64,000 nt of DNA from Trichosphaerium sp. ATCC 40318 (Eukaryota; Protista; Tubulinea), in contig JALMLS010000627.1 of NCBI GenBank assembly GCA_038496445.1, positions 124,001-188,000 of the forward strand, in the 5' to 3' direction. Under the pieces are notes generated by a model. It had not been told where the DNA came from. It did not search any database and saw only the letters and a list, made by a program, of their open reading frames with translations. The stretch's first letter is position 1, and each line of letters opens with the position of its first letter. This document shows positions 1 to 13,647 of this stretch, piece by piece. The translations under genes and the position numbers were made by a program.

Positions 1-172
1 CCTACTAAGCGCTTTGTAACCTGCGACGAAATAGGTACTCGAATGAATTACTCTTATTTTTTTTTGACATAACTGTTTGATAGGAGGAATGGTTACGTTT
101 TTGTGTTCTCCTGCTGCAAACAATATCACAGGTTCTGAAATGATGATGGACGGCGGTTGGAGTGCTGTGTAA
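1..172 (+). CDS. C-terminal end of a short-chain dehydrogenase, 3-hydroxybutyrate dehydrogenase-like (5' part outside window)
   Basis: Removing one GT-AG intron (35-83) gives PTKRFVTCDEIGGMVTFLCSPAANNITGSEMMMDGGWSAV*, a typical SDR/BDH C-terminus (ITG...DGGW). Confidence 0.8.
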
Positions 173-313
173 AACGGTATTTATTGTTTATGATATCAAA
201 CAACAAGGAAAACTGGTAATACACGTGCTTTATAAAACAATCTCACGTTTACTATTTTTATTTAATTTTGTATGTACAACTTTACATCAGGTTTCTTCTT
301 CTTTTCAACATAA

Positions 314-1651
314 TTACAAATCGTTAGCTTTTAGTTTCGTTAACATTTTAGTGTTGATATTTATAGCAATTGTTCGTCTCGCTTTACACCACAGGTACTG
401 AGAAAATGATCCCTTTTTGAAAATCGCGTCAGAAAAACAAAAAGTTTTTGCTGTTGGTAAAGCGTACCACATTTTTTTTCTTGGTGCACAAAGGTAAAGG
501 GGTAAGGACATGCGGATGGTGGTAATAGAATGTTGCCCGATCTTGGCTCTGCATTAGATCTCTAAATATAATAACTATACTGTGATGCATAGAAAGCGCT
601 TCACTAGAGATGTCACCACTCTCCACAAAGTTCTCAAGCCTATTTCAAAAGAAATAGGTAAGATACACGTTTTTTTTTCGGAAAGAAAACAAAACTCCGA
701 AGAGTTTTTAGCGTCTTACCCTTTCCAGTTGATATAGAAGTACGCATAGTACGTTGGAACCTCCTCCAATGTATTTGGACCTCGTACTACAGATACACGT
801 ATCACGTGTGCGTAACGTTCTCGCCAATGAGACATATCACCAATACCAGTAAGTACTGATGTAGAAAACGTTTTTAGGAACTTTTTTACGCGTCCGTGAT
901 TGTCTACGAGCTAAAAAAGAGTTACCACTGCATCCAAAAATAACTCATAAAAAAAGACGTATTGAAAGGAACAAAAAAAAACAAGGTTTTAAAATGTGGT
1001 CTACAACCGACGCTTTTACGTGTGGTTGTTTTCCGTACCTGTACGTATACATCCTTGTTCATCGGGCCGCCCCAATATCCGCCATGTATGTACACGGCAT
1101 CTTCTGGAATGTCGATAGTGATAAGTCTTAAATAGCACCTTGTGATATCAAAGTTTCGGCCACCATGCTTTACAAAAGTATGGAATTAGATAAGATAGCC
1201 ATTAAAACTATCGTACATTGTCTACACTTTCACCTATTGGCGTAACTGATTCAACAAGAGTTATCCTATGAAGAAATAGCCAATTTGCTTCATGCTTTTG
1301 AGAAACACGATGCCATTGCTTCTATTTGTCATGTGTTAGCGCTGTCTCTTAATATTTTTGGCAAATGCCTGGTTATTAATAAAAACGAATAAATCTATTG
1401 AAGCGGTAGACGCTTTGGTTTACAAAACATGTCAGGATGGTGCTTGGCTAGCGTTATAAAAGATTTTTTTAACTTATGGGAATACTTGTTCCACTTACGT
1501 TTACACAAGCACAAGTTCGCTTCAAGTAGCAATCCAGGTTGTAAAATATTTGTAATAAGATGTCATCTGGGTACGGGAGTGGGCACGAGCTTCGTAATAT
1601 TGTTTTTGTCGTCTGAGCTCTCTTTACTTCACTGCTATGGGTTGTAGACAT
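314..1651 (-). CDS. F-box protein, multi-exon
   Basis: Spliced N-terminus PLPYPDDILLQIFYNLDCYLKRTCACVN|KQWHRVS is an F-box motif. Downstream exons have no recognisable domain. Confidence 0.7.
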
Positions 1652-1976
1652 TGTAAAATACCAAGAAGTCTAAGAACAAGCGTTCGGGCTTTCAGTATTA
1701 CTTAAAAAACTATGAGTTTTCATAGCACGAGCGTAGGTTGACTTAGTTACGCGTTTTCTCTTAAGACAGGAAAAAATGCAGGCGTAAGACATCAAAAGGT
1801 GGCTTAAACTGTTTTTGTTCCGAAAAATTCACATTATTTTTTGTAAGACCAAACTGAAGCGTCCCAATTCTTAACTTGGGCTTTTTTTTTGGAAAAAATA
1901 AGCTGTCAAGAGGCTAGCCAATAAAATTATAAATTGAAAAAGGACAGTAGCTAAAAGAGCATACTACACGCTAAAT

Positions 1977-4236
1977 ATGAACAAGGCCATTTTATTTACA
2001 GTATTGTACAGGTATGCCCGACGAAACAAACCAAAAAAAAAAAGGTACTAATGCATAAATATAGCGTTTTTATTTGTACTGCGTACGCTACTACGCTCAC
2101 AGATATGACTGGGACACTTTTCACCGACACAGGCGCAGAAAACGCTTTGGTACGTAAACGCGTATTAAAACATTGTTCTCACAGTTCATAGATGACACAG
2201 TACGGCACATGTACGGGCTATTGTTTTTGTGTGCAAAGTTCCAAACTAAAACAATGCCGTAGTTAATGGCGGTAATGGCCCTTGTGGGTTCGGTTCCATA
2301 GGTGGCGAAGCTTGGACTCCAGCTGGAGCTGCTGTAGAGTCAGGTTTGTGAACTCTTTTCCAAAACACCCCACATCCTTCCTAAAAGTTACCATCGCAGG
2401 AGAAACTGGCATGTACACTGTAGCGATTGGTCCTTCAGCGGTTAGTGCTTGTGTTTTTGAGAAACAAAAAACTTTTTCAAAAAGAAGTGTCACATCACTT
2501 GTACTCACGTTACCTAACTAGAATGACTTTGTCTTAAAATGTGGTATGTGTGCCGAGATGACTGTTAAAGGAGACTTTGGATCAGGCTCAACGAATTGTC
2601 CTACGAGCATTCCATGGAACAAGGTATTAATAATAATTACAACATGTCACGTGATTAACGTTTTTTTTTTTTTCGGCAGCCTTTGTTGATTTTTGCAGCA
2701 AACCTATGTCCAGAGTGTGATAGCTTTAAAGTTGACTTGGCTATAGCACCTACGGGTCAATGTGCAATAGATTGGAAAGCTGTGCCTTGTCCAACGTCAG
2801 GTTAGATCGTATTAACATGGTTCTTTATCTAACATCGATATTAGGTAACATACAATTGAGCGTCAAGGAAAATAATATTTATGATCAACAAATTCTTTTG
2901 AGAAACCACAAGTTTCCAGTCCAATCAATGGAAGTTAACTTACCTGTGCGTATAATTTACATACGTGTATGGTTCTTTTGATTAACGAATTTGATTGTTT
3001 AGAGTGGTTGGAAGACTATGACACGTGATAATGCCCAAAACCGGTTCAGAGATGGAAGTTGGTTTGGATTACTTCCTTTGGAAGCTAGGATTACTTCTAT
3101 TTTCGGTGAAGTGCAGCCATTTACTATTGTACAACAAATGTATGATCGAGCACCAGCCTTCATTGATATCGGTGTACAGTTCTCAACAGGTCCTGGAGGA
3201 TCAGTACGGCCCAAAAACCCCATTAAACTTATCTGACTGTTTTTTTGATAGACTACTGCACCATCAACGGATGCTCCTACAGAAACACCAACAGCTGCAA
3301 CCCAAACACCTACGACAGTAGCAGCCCCTGTTATGCCAACAACTGCGAGTCCTCCAACAGAAGCAGTAACAATGGCACCAAGTGTTTGCGAGAATACGGG
3401 TAGGCTTGTTTATGAGGATAGCTTTCAAAACGGTTTTTCTGAACAGAGTTGGGATAGTGTTGCAACGTACGTCCTTTGGAGTTTTTATTTTAAGGGGTAG
3501 TTCTAATGTCTACACAGACAAGTTATTAGTCCTGTAAGATGTGGTCTAAGGTCTCTTAAAGTATCATTCCAAGAAGCATGGGCAGGCGCTAAGTTTGTTT
3601 GCAAGGACGTAAGCTGCTTCTAATACCAAGTCGTTTTGTTTATCGCAGTTGTTTAGAACGCTCAGTGTATTCCTTCCACTTCTACAATATATTTCTGGTT
3701 AAGATCATCAAAGACTGTTACTATCCAAATGGGAGCATATATTTCAAATATTGACACTGTAGCAGATGGTGCTAAAGCTCCTACGCCTACATTTATTCCT
3801 GCCGACACGTGGACAGAGGTACTTCTTAAACGACCTATTACTGAGCTACGTCTTGTACTAATATTCGTTACCAGGTTTCTGTCTCTGTTCAAGATCTCAG
3901 CGGCGGTGAAGTCGGAGACGCAAGAGGGATTATGTACGTCAGTTGTGCTTCAGATGTATTTTTTTGTTTGTTTAAAAGTGTTATTGATGAGGTTTGTGTA
4001 GGGTACAACTAGCTACTGATGACTTGGCTGATCTCTTCTTTGATCAATTAAGGCTCTTATCTGAATCTCAACTACCAACAGTTAGTGTGCGTTGACGTTT
4101 TTTTGGTTTATTGTAGTTGATGTTTTTACTTATTTTATTATTTTCTTAGCCGAATTCTGCCTTTATGAGCTCTTCTGGTGTCTTGAATTTTACTATCTAT
4201 CTATTGATGGCAGCTCTATTGGTTTTTATTATGTAG
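1977..4236 (+). CDS. Expansin-like (EXLX; DPBB + CBM63) protein with Pro/Thr linker, extra carbohydrate-binding-like domain and C-terminal hydrophobic (GPI-like) tail
   Basis: Signal peptide MNKAILFTVLY; GGNGPCGFG, CGMCAEMTV, NLCPECDSFKVDL, IDWKAVPCP, LRNHKFPVQSMEV, WKTMTR; PT-rich linker; YEDSFQNGFSEQSW...SLKVSFQEAWAG; ends FTIYLLMAALLVFIM*. Confidence 0.85.
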
Positions 4237-4509
4237 ATTAATTATCAAACTCGATATTCTTTTTTTTTTTTACTTTGTTTCACAATCCAAAATTACAATT
4301 AGTGTTAACAGAAATATAAACTCTTTCCAAACACCCAAACTTTAATGCATTTAATACAATTCATATACCAAAAACAGTGTCCGCCTACTTAGTATGGCAG
4401 CCAGTAAAAAGCGAAGCATCTACGACTGTTGTAGCTACACATTCACGCAGTGCAGAAATACTTTGTGTTCTTTCTTTTTTTTTTTCCAGTTTTATTTGGT
4501 TTGATTGTG

Positions 4510-6439
4510 TTACGATAGAATACTGTAAGGGTTACTCGATACCGGTTTTTTTGAATTGCCCGAAGATTTCTTTTTACGCCTTCTTTTCTTTGGTTGAGAT
4601 GATTTATATTGTTTTCTAATAAACTCCTCAGCTATGCTCTTGCACTCGTCCTCAAAGTTAATGGCTTGCTTATCAAGAGCTTCCATGACGTCGCATTCGG
4701 TCTCTTCACAGTAATCCTCATAAGCGTCTAAGGCGCAAGGTAAATACAAAGAGAAAGGTGAACAAGAGCAACTGTTACCTTGGAACAAGTAATTTGCAAA
4801 CTTTGAGTATGCTTTTGGGGTTATTTCTCCATACTTCAACAAGCAATTAGTAATGCTTATGTACCATTTTATACGATACCTTGCTTCTTATACCATCAAG
4901 TCTGTTCACGTTTTCAATAAAAGGTCTCAAAGACTTGACAGAATCTTCACGGACTTTCATCTCTAGAAAAAAATTAGTAGCAATAAAACCTGTCTTTCTT
5001 TGCCTTCAGCGTATGAGGAGAATTGAATATCTACTGAAATATTCTCTGTTGAACCCTGTAATTGTATGAGATGAGCACGTGACTAAAAAAAAGATAAAAC
5101 CGTACTTGCTTGAACCTTGCATTCTTGATTTTGAAGATTGCTCTTATTTGTATTGGTTAATATAAAATTGAAGCTGAGTCTACTCGTTTGTTACCTATTG
5201 TTTTTACCAGCCCTGAACTCTTTTTTAGGCTTTATTATAATACCTTCCATAATATTGTCATCAATTGGGGGTAATCCATACGTTGCTGGAATGGTTGTGG
5301 TTTTCCTATTTTAAGATTAACTTTGCTAGCAATGTGAAGTAGGATGTACTTTATGTCGAAGTTGAGGCATTCCGCAAGCGTTCCTAAACCCGTGTTCAAT
5401 ATCTTGGATCTAATTACATATTCCATGTACCTTCGAAGAGCTTAGGAGCAGTTTTTAGTCCGACTTCAGCGGCAAGGCGTTCAACATGTTCGAAATCAAT
5501 AAACCTACGTTCTTCACATACAACCTCAATGTCAAAACAATGAAAATCCCGCCCTGGGTGATAATACACCTACAGATTTGTAATCAATAAACGAAATAGA
5601 AACAAGCACACTGAAAATGACACTTACTCCTTGTTGTATAATGGAAGCTTTTTCTCTTTTAACATGTTCGTGTGGATACCTTCCTAAATCATTCTCAGAA
5701 TGGACTGGCGACATCGAATTGTGTGTAGTTTGATAGTAGATAAAACATGCCTCCAAACATCTCGCCGAATACCAAGATAGCTCGGATATCTTTACCCAAG
5801 AAGTCTTTTACTGAAGAAAATAAGGACTTAATCGCATCTCCATATTTGTCGATGACAAGTTGAAATTGATAGAACTCTTCGTATTCCATAAGAACCTACT
5901 TGTTGGTTAGCTTCTATTTTACATGTATAGTGTGTTGTTACATACTGTAGTTCTCTTTGCTACGCGAATAGTTTTGCCATCAGTGATGATGCAAAAGTTG
6001 CAGCCGTGAATCTACACGCCTTTTTGAACAAAAAATCTTACTTGTAAAAAAAGGCGTAAAAAATGATTCTATTTCACCGGCTTTTTGCGTATGACTCGAA
6101 ACGAGAGTCACGTACTTTCTCTAGAGCTATCCAAGTACTGTCTACTACAGAATGAGGGAGTTTCGCCTTTTTTAAAGTTAACTTCGACCAAAGCACCTCA
6201 CTCGTACTATACGGCGCTGTAATGGAGCGTGTATTTTTTGATAAGCCGACCAACAAAGATGAACGTGAGACGTTGCCATTTAAACCAAACCTGCAAACTT
6301 TTGTACATTTGACTTTTTTTCGGATTTCATTGAATCGCTTCCAAACTTTTTCTTCGTCCAAGAGTTCACTGTATGGGTATGAACATTAAAAAAAGTCTTG
6401 GTACCGTTGATACCAATACGAGTTAAGAGTGGGGTACAT
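4510..6439 (-). CDS. Rnl2-family ATP-dependent RNA ligase (T4 Rnl2 / kinetoplastid REL-like), multi-exon
   Basis: Motif I WIALEK|IHGCNF split by an intron, motif III VFGEMFGG, IIQQGV, motif IIIa FHCFDI, motif IV NIMEG, motif V KIKNARFK. Start codon approximate. Confidence 0.88.
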
Positions 6440-6539
6440 CAATAAGCCTTTAATGGCGTACAAAGGCAATAGTACAGTACATAGTAGTTAAACAACATTA
6501 AGACGCTCACAGTGACACTGTCTTGAGCTCTGAATAAGA

Positions 6540-8310
6540 TTATAATAGTAGATATTTGTAATATACATTCTATCGCCACTAAATACCTTACTGTCATTTC
6601 GGGCGTAATAAAAATACACTAGACACAAAAAAGTCAGGAAGCGAAAAAAAGTGAGAAGGTGTTAAAAAAGTTGTTTTTGTTTGGTAGAGAGCCATTACCT
6701 GGACAATAGATTGAACTAAATTCCCTGGTTCTGATATATTAATATCTCCAACAGCAATGTAAATAGCACCACGGTGTTTTATCTACAATCAAGTTAATAA
6801 TAAAGGCTTTGAAGAAGCAAGAGCATTGTGCTGATTTTTGATAAAATAGGAATTTTTGTGGTTGTACCAATGTGCCTCTTGTGTATCCCATACCGTGTTG
6901 CCAATGTGGTACGTGGTTTATAGAGTCTCTAGAATTGGTATGTTAGAAAATTTGAATAAAAAAAGAAGCGTAACTGTTTCATCAAGCGTGTAACATCGCT
7001 GGTATTCGCTCGTCGCCATTTGCCAAGTTCCATCGCACATTTTTTTAATTTTGTGTAGTGTACAGAAAGTGTATGATGTGTAAGCAAAATTGCTGAGTTG
7101 ACTGTTATATATACTAGCGTAGCTAGACATCTTGTGGGTGAATACGTATATGACTACAAAACACTATGAGAATCCGACAAAAAAGCAGAAAAATTACTTT
7201 CTACAAGCAAAGAAAAGCAAGTCCAGAATGACACTATTTCATAGAAGCTGCAAAAGAGTTCGTACTTGATAAAACTGGAATTTGAGCGGAAGGAATCCTG
7301 ACAGATAACTAGAAGTAATTGAGAAGGAGATCAAGTTAATTTTCTTGGTATAACGGTAAGGTGTGTACCTGAACTCTAAAGTCTGGAAGATGATCAATTT
7401 AAAGAAAATTGTACAGACTCCTGAAGGATGATGTTTACTCTGAGTGATAGGTAAATGCCTGATTCCAAACAAAAATAGATAGGCGATATATCTGAAAAAG
7501 ATAAGTAAGTAATAATCTGACATAAAAAAATGTGACACGTGTCAAAATGATGTAAAAAAAAATGACCAAAAAAAAGATGTTAGGAAGCTTTACTCGCGTA
7601 TAGTTATCTTCAATTTTCACAAAAAATTCGGAAATGAGACATGGAAGTTGTGCCTTACGGAAAGAATATCATGACAAAGTTGCTCCAAGTGTGTAATACC
7701 GACAAATTGACTAAGAGATAAAATATATTGGATGCTATCACCAGACTCACGCCCATTGGGATCAAACCAATTCTATTACAGTTTTGAGTGTTGTTAAAGC
7801 GTATTAACGGTAGTTTTATGCGTTTAAATAGAGTTGTATATAGAAAATCAAAAAACCTTCTAAACCTACTCATGCTAGTTCTTTGGGTTTTTAGAAGTTT
7901 GAGAATGCATTAACGGTTTATGTGGTTAAGTTTACAGTGAAAATGGAATAATGGTTGCTAATACGTACGTTAACGCGCCTGGCTTGTTATCGCATAGTAA
8001 ATTAGCCAGTGAACGCTTGCACACCCAGTAAAACTCGAGTAAACTTGTAAATCCAACGCCATTACCCACAATACTGATTGAGGATAACCACAGAAGCGAT
8101 AGCGCTAATAAATATATGTTATAGTTCTGGTAATTCTAAAACTGTCAAAAAACGTTTGGAATGCGTCCATACTGTGCCATTAATGTTATAATTTTGTACT
8201 AGGAGTAATACAGAATGGTACAACCATAGAACAAACGCAAACCGGCGCCTTTCATTCTTTAACGGCGTAACAAGTTCTCCTATACGCCAAGAAACGCGTT
8301 GCAGTGTCAT
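6540..8310 (-). CDS. TMEM39-like multi-pass membrane protein
   Basis: SSYLSGFLPLKF, TLHK...GTWQ and IKHRGAIYIAVGDINISEPG resemble TMEM39 conserved segments (AYYVAFLPLCF; VRH..LYRA.G.YNVA.P). 3' end approximate. Confidence 0.6.
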
Positions 8311-8470
8311 CCATACAGTAAGTTCGAAAAAACAGCAAGGAAAAAATCACGTTCAAAAAAAGTATGTTGATCCAAAAGTCGGTTAGAGTCAACTAAACAT
8401 TCACTCTTAGTACACACAGTACGCTCATTTAGGCTATAACAACAGTCACAACTTATCTTTTTCTTAAACA

Positions 8471-10225
8471 ATGACAAGCGTTACAGGTTAAGTGTAAGTT
8501 TTGTTTCGTTCATTCTTACGTCTACCAGGCGCTCCAAAAGATGGTTTATTAACGAAGGAACAACTAAAAACGTTTAATGAGGAAGGGTATTTGATAATAC
8601 CAAAATACTTTTCTAAGGAAGAGCTAGAACCAGTCATTTCATCAATAAACAAGGTGAGTCATCAAAACCAAAAAAAAAAGAAAAAAGTTTTCAAGTGCTA
8701 ACTGAAGGCCACTTTTTAAAGCTCGTCGATGATTTGGCAAGTGCGTTATATGATGCTGGTCTTATTAAGAGCAAATATGAGAATGAAGGCTTTTATACAA
8801 GGCTGACATGTATTGAGAAAGAGTACGTTTTTGGTTTTTTTGGTAACATTCATCAATATTGTAATATATCTCGCACTCACTCTACTAGGTACCCTGGTGC
8901 TTCTGTTGTACTACATTCAGATGGTGAGTTTCTTTAATCTTTTTCCTTCGAACTTTCTTAACCTCACGTGACCGAAAAGGTGTACTCACACCTGAAATCG
9001 CTAAATTGTGGACAACTCCAAGATTATTGGATATGGTACAGCAACTCATTGGTCCAAATATTGCTGGGTAAACTTGCTGCCCTCATTACATTGTTTAATA
9101 AGAGATTAGGCACCAAGTGTGGAACTTGCGTACAAAGACACCGCAAAACTCAGAAGCTACTGTTCCATGGCACCAAGGCAAGTTTTTGACTTAAATAAAT
9201 TTCTTGACATAAAAAAAGTAATGTTATACCAGACACTGCGTATTTGAATTCTGGTTGTGAGACTACGCTACAACCAACCGCCTGGATTCCTTTGATAGAT
9301 GCTACCGCTGAAAATGGGTGTATGCAAGTAATTGCTAAAGGTATAAGCCGCAAATATAGTGTGCTAAACTTGCTTAGGACATAAAACAGGAGAAGTACTA
9401 AAACACGAATGTTGCGTTCGTACGTTGTAGTTTAGTTAATTAAACTAGCTAAAATACCAACGAATAACTAAAGGTGATACTTGGTATATTGGTATCGAAG
9501 AAAAAGAGATGGAGAAGATGAAGGTATCGGAGGAAAACAACAACATGTTTTTCTTTTTGAATGAAAAAACCTCATAAAGATCGTTTAGGATCAAGAAATT
9601 GTAACATGCCCAGTGCCTATGGGTGGTATACTCCTAATCAACCAGCTTATTCCACATCGATCTCTAGAGAACAGCTCCAACAAAATAAGATGGAGTGTCG
9701 ATCTCAGGTAACGTCTTTTAGCACGTGATTTTCTTTTCTTCTGAATCTTTCGAAAACCTTACTATTTCAAAGTATTAATGGGTTTTTTTTCTGTAGGTGG
9801 CAAGATCCAAGTAAATATGACGGATTTTGGGGAGAAAAGAAAACAGTACTTTTTAGAAAAGATGGTAAAGACATCGAAAACATCGATTGGGGCACATTCT
9901 CAGATATTTCTCGGACGAAACAGCAAATGGAAACCTTAATGAAGATGGGTAAAGTCAGCAAAGAAGGTAAGTGCACGCGGACATATCGTACATACGCTAA
10001 CTTAAATAAAAACAACTTCATAAACTAAAAGTTTTTGTAGATTTGACTAAAAAATTTAACCCAATCATTTCTGGACCATGGATGGCTAGATGGCCAGTAA
10101 CGAATCATAATAAGCACTCTAAGGGTTAGTAAATATAAGAAGCATGTATTGTAAGTAACACTGTAACCGCAGGCTTTGCAGGTGATGGGATTTCGGGATG
10201 GCACAAAAAGAGCGTGTCTGCTTAA
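8471..10225 (+). CDS. Phytanoyl-CoA dioxygenase (PhyH) family Fe/2OG dioxygenase
   Basis: LTKEQLKTFNEEGYLIIP, VPWHQ|DTAY (HxD), TAWIPLIDATAENGCMQV, PHRSLENSSNKIRWSVDLR. Contains a GC-AG intron at 9178-9232. Confidence 0.9.
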
Positions 10226-10407
10226 ACCATTTCTCTGCTTTCTCTTTACCTTTAAATTTTAGACGTAGTAAATCCTGATTAGAGCTTCTCAATAAACTTA
10301 GACTTAATTTAAATCATCGTTGTTATTTATTGCTATCTTACATTACAATCCGGGAATTATGAGAGTGGACTTTGTATTATCTCTTTTTTTTAAATCCAAT
10401 TTCTTTC

Positions 10408-13395
10408 TTAAGTCTTGACTTTCTTGAGTTTATTTTTGTTATTCTGGCGGATAGCCGCCAGCAAATCACCTCTACCTGATTGAGGTTTTGGGACATTCAT
10501 ACCTAATGAACTTGTAAATAGAGTTACAACTACAAACAAGAAATTTTGTACTTTTTAGAACAGGTGCAGAAGGTGGTGGAGGCGGAGGTGCAGGCGCTGC
10601 AGGCGCTGCAGGTGCAGAAGGTGCTGCTGGCTCCTTTGTTGTAGATGGTGACGTTGATTGGCTACCATTTGCTTGTTTCTTTGAAGGACTGGTTGATAGA
10701 GAGCGTCCAGCAGGTGACAGAGATCCTATATTATTGGTTAATTGCATTCTTCAAAAAAAGCAATTTAAAGTTACTTTTCGCTTTTGGTGAGAATATAGCT
10801 CCTACATCTTCTCCAGTGCACATGCTCTTCATGTACATTCGTGATCTCTTTAACAACACTCTATTTCAGGTATGTTATTATTATTATTGTTCAAACAAGC
10901 GCTTACTTTGCTTTGTTGTCCCACAAGTCCTTATCAGCCTTGGCGTTATAGTCCGTCATTTCTGTTAATGAATGAGTCAGTAAACTAGTTCTTGATATGG
11001 TGAGTGTGTAATAGTACCTTGTAGCTTTAAATCAAAGTATGGAATGTTTAAAAGCGCCTTGACATTGATAGCCTTGCCTTCAGAGTCAGGAGCGAAGATC
11101 TTATCCAATATCTGTATTGAAAGAAAAAGTAAGTTCGACGTGTTGTCAATAACATAATAGCCGTCCATACACGTGCTAATTCGGGTACAGCTATGTCTTG
11201 TTTCACAGTACTAAAACTATTCTCTCCCAAAGGCTTTCCAGTAGCCATTTCATACATGACATGCCCGAAACAAATCACCTTTTGTTAAAATTAATAGAGT
11301 ACAAAAAACCGTTTTTTTGCACCTCAGGTATTGCTTTACTGTTACGAGAAATAGCCTGTTTTAAAAACGATAGATAATAAGGTTCTAACAGAAGAAGGGA
11401 ATTCTCAACATCAGTCAGACTAAGATGGACCTCGTTAGCTAAAAACGAAGTAATAGTTTCAAACAAAAAACTTTTGTCACGTGATTTCTGAAATAAAATA
11501 GCGACGCACTATGCTTTGTTATCCTTCATGATAACGTTACCAGGATGTAAGTGAGGATAAGCCAAACCACGTGATTTTAGGTATTGTAAACCTTCTAATA
11601 TCATACGCCCAATCTTGGGTAACACTTTACTTGCTAAAAGGGTAATCAACAAGGTTGTTGTGGCAGATAGTGTAGTAAATAAAAAAAAGTATTGGTTTTT
11701 TCTCTCTTTGACTTACGCAGCTTTTTTCCTACTTTGTACATGCCATATTTTACTGCTATTGGTTCTGAAGGATCAACCTAAGAAACCGTTTATACATCAC
11801 GTTTGGTAATTGTTTCTAACGCACTTTGTTCCATATCATGTCCTATTTGAGTGTTAACAAACAGTACTACACAACCAATAACGATACCTTTAAGCTTCCT
11901 TTGGCATTGTATTCACGTGAAATTATACATGACGAACTATCAAGTGTGAAATCTACTCGTCTTGCTGGCCATATATAAGGATGCTAAAGACATTACAAAA
12001 CAAGCAGTATATAAGGGAAAAAAAAGAGAAAGGAGTACCTGTATGTTGTCTTGTAAAATTGAAATCAATGAACGCCTTCTGCTCTAAGTGTGAAACGGTT
12101 TGAACATAACCAGGACATAGAGAGTATGTTTTGATGGCGTACCTCCGTGTTTATTAGATTAGACACCTTGGGTGACTTTATCACTGACAAGAGTACTTTA
12201 TTGTCTCTCACGTCTTTTGCTGATGCATAAACCTTAACTGGCAAATCTCTAGTTCCTATCAGTTATTTAGTAACTGGGTTTGAGATTATGTTATGTTCGT
12301 ACCAATTCCATGAAGCATTTTTGACAACTCTGTTTGAGTTAAGATCCTCAAGTGAAGCCTCATGTCTATTTTCGCTTGTTCTATCGTAAAACGATGAGTT
12401 TCATTTTAGTAGTACTTGCTAAAGGCCAACAAAAAGCAAAACACGTGATTGTCTAGTGCAAAACAATATTTTTTCAAAAAAAAGAAAGAATGTTTGTGGC
12501 AGCGTAGATTATTGCTAGTGCTTCACCTTTTGGCTCTTTTGACTTTGTAAGTTCCCGATGACAGTGTTCGCAAACACGCCTTGGCCCATCATACTCATAT
12601 TCAACAGGGAGTGTTATAAAATAACCTGAACACTTCCAACAGAAAATCTTGCCACAGTACCTTTCTATGTTATAAAAATCGTTCAATTAAATTTTTTATA
12701 TACCTGCAGTGATGCTAATAATACCATTAGAGTATATTCACACCAGCAAATCAAAGAGTATCCAAAATAAAATATGAACAAGCCAAAAAAAAACAAAAAA
12801 AATGTCTTGATCACAAAACGCCAGGAAACTGTACCGTACTTTTCTAAGCGTCATTGTAAACTTTAACATGCATATACCGCAAGTCTTGGCTCTACTGTCA
12901 GGAACCCAAAAGGGTCTAAAAATTAAAAAAAACCACGTGAGCCAAAACGTTGTAGGTGTATATAAAATTATACTATGTTTAGAAACGGCAGAATATCATC
13001 GCGTTGCGTTCACAAAAAGGAAAAAAGCTTCATGTTGTTTTGTACTGCGCGATAAATATGGTTTCATGCTTTTATAATGTTTTAGAAGCGTACCTGGGAC
13101 CGCCTAGGTCACCATTTTCTCCCATCTCATCTTCAAGGCCTACAGGATCAAGCTTTGCTCTTCGTGCTTTCCTTCGCGTAGCAGATGTTTGTTGGCGCTT
13201 ATTAGAAAGTTAACAAGCTTTCAATTTTTCAACTTTAAACGTGGATTCCGTTGGTGCTAGTAACGTACTTTTTTACTGGCTTTTACTGCCTAATAAAGGG
13301 GTTAGAGTATTGGAAATAGAATGTGCTTTATTCTTCATTTCGCTACGCGCCTTTTCTTCGCGTTGTTTAAGCTTATCATGGAGTATAGTGGCCAT
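10408..13395 (-). CDS. FYVE + PXK/Slob-type pseudokinase + proline-rich + WH2 protein (Dictyostelium Slob-like)
   Basis: FYVE (WVPD...RK|HHCR|YCGKIFC..C...RVCEHC), YLHLHPGNV, CFGHVMYEMATG, poly-Pro, C-terminal WH2 DLLAAIRQNNKNKLKKVKT*. Confidence 0.85.
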
Positions 13396-13647
13396 GACGC
13401 CTATTTCCAATCAATTTTAAAACGATAGGTTGTTAACTTAAAATAAGATACCCAACCTTAATTGACAAGACGCTCCGGTTCTTTCCAGCCTCCAAACAGA
13501 AGGTACACTACTTTTCGAGATAATTATCCGAAAGCTCCGCCTTTACAAATTTTTAAGCGACTTTGATTGGTGCAACACGTCTGAAAAAGTGCTTTTATAG
13601 CCACAGCCCTGCTTTGATACTTGTTTTGTTGAACAAAAACGGTTTTG

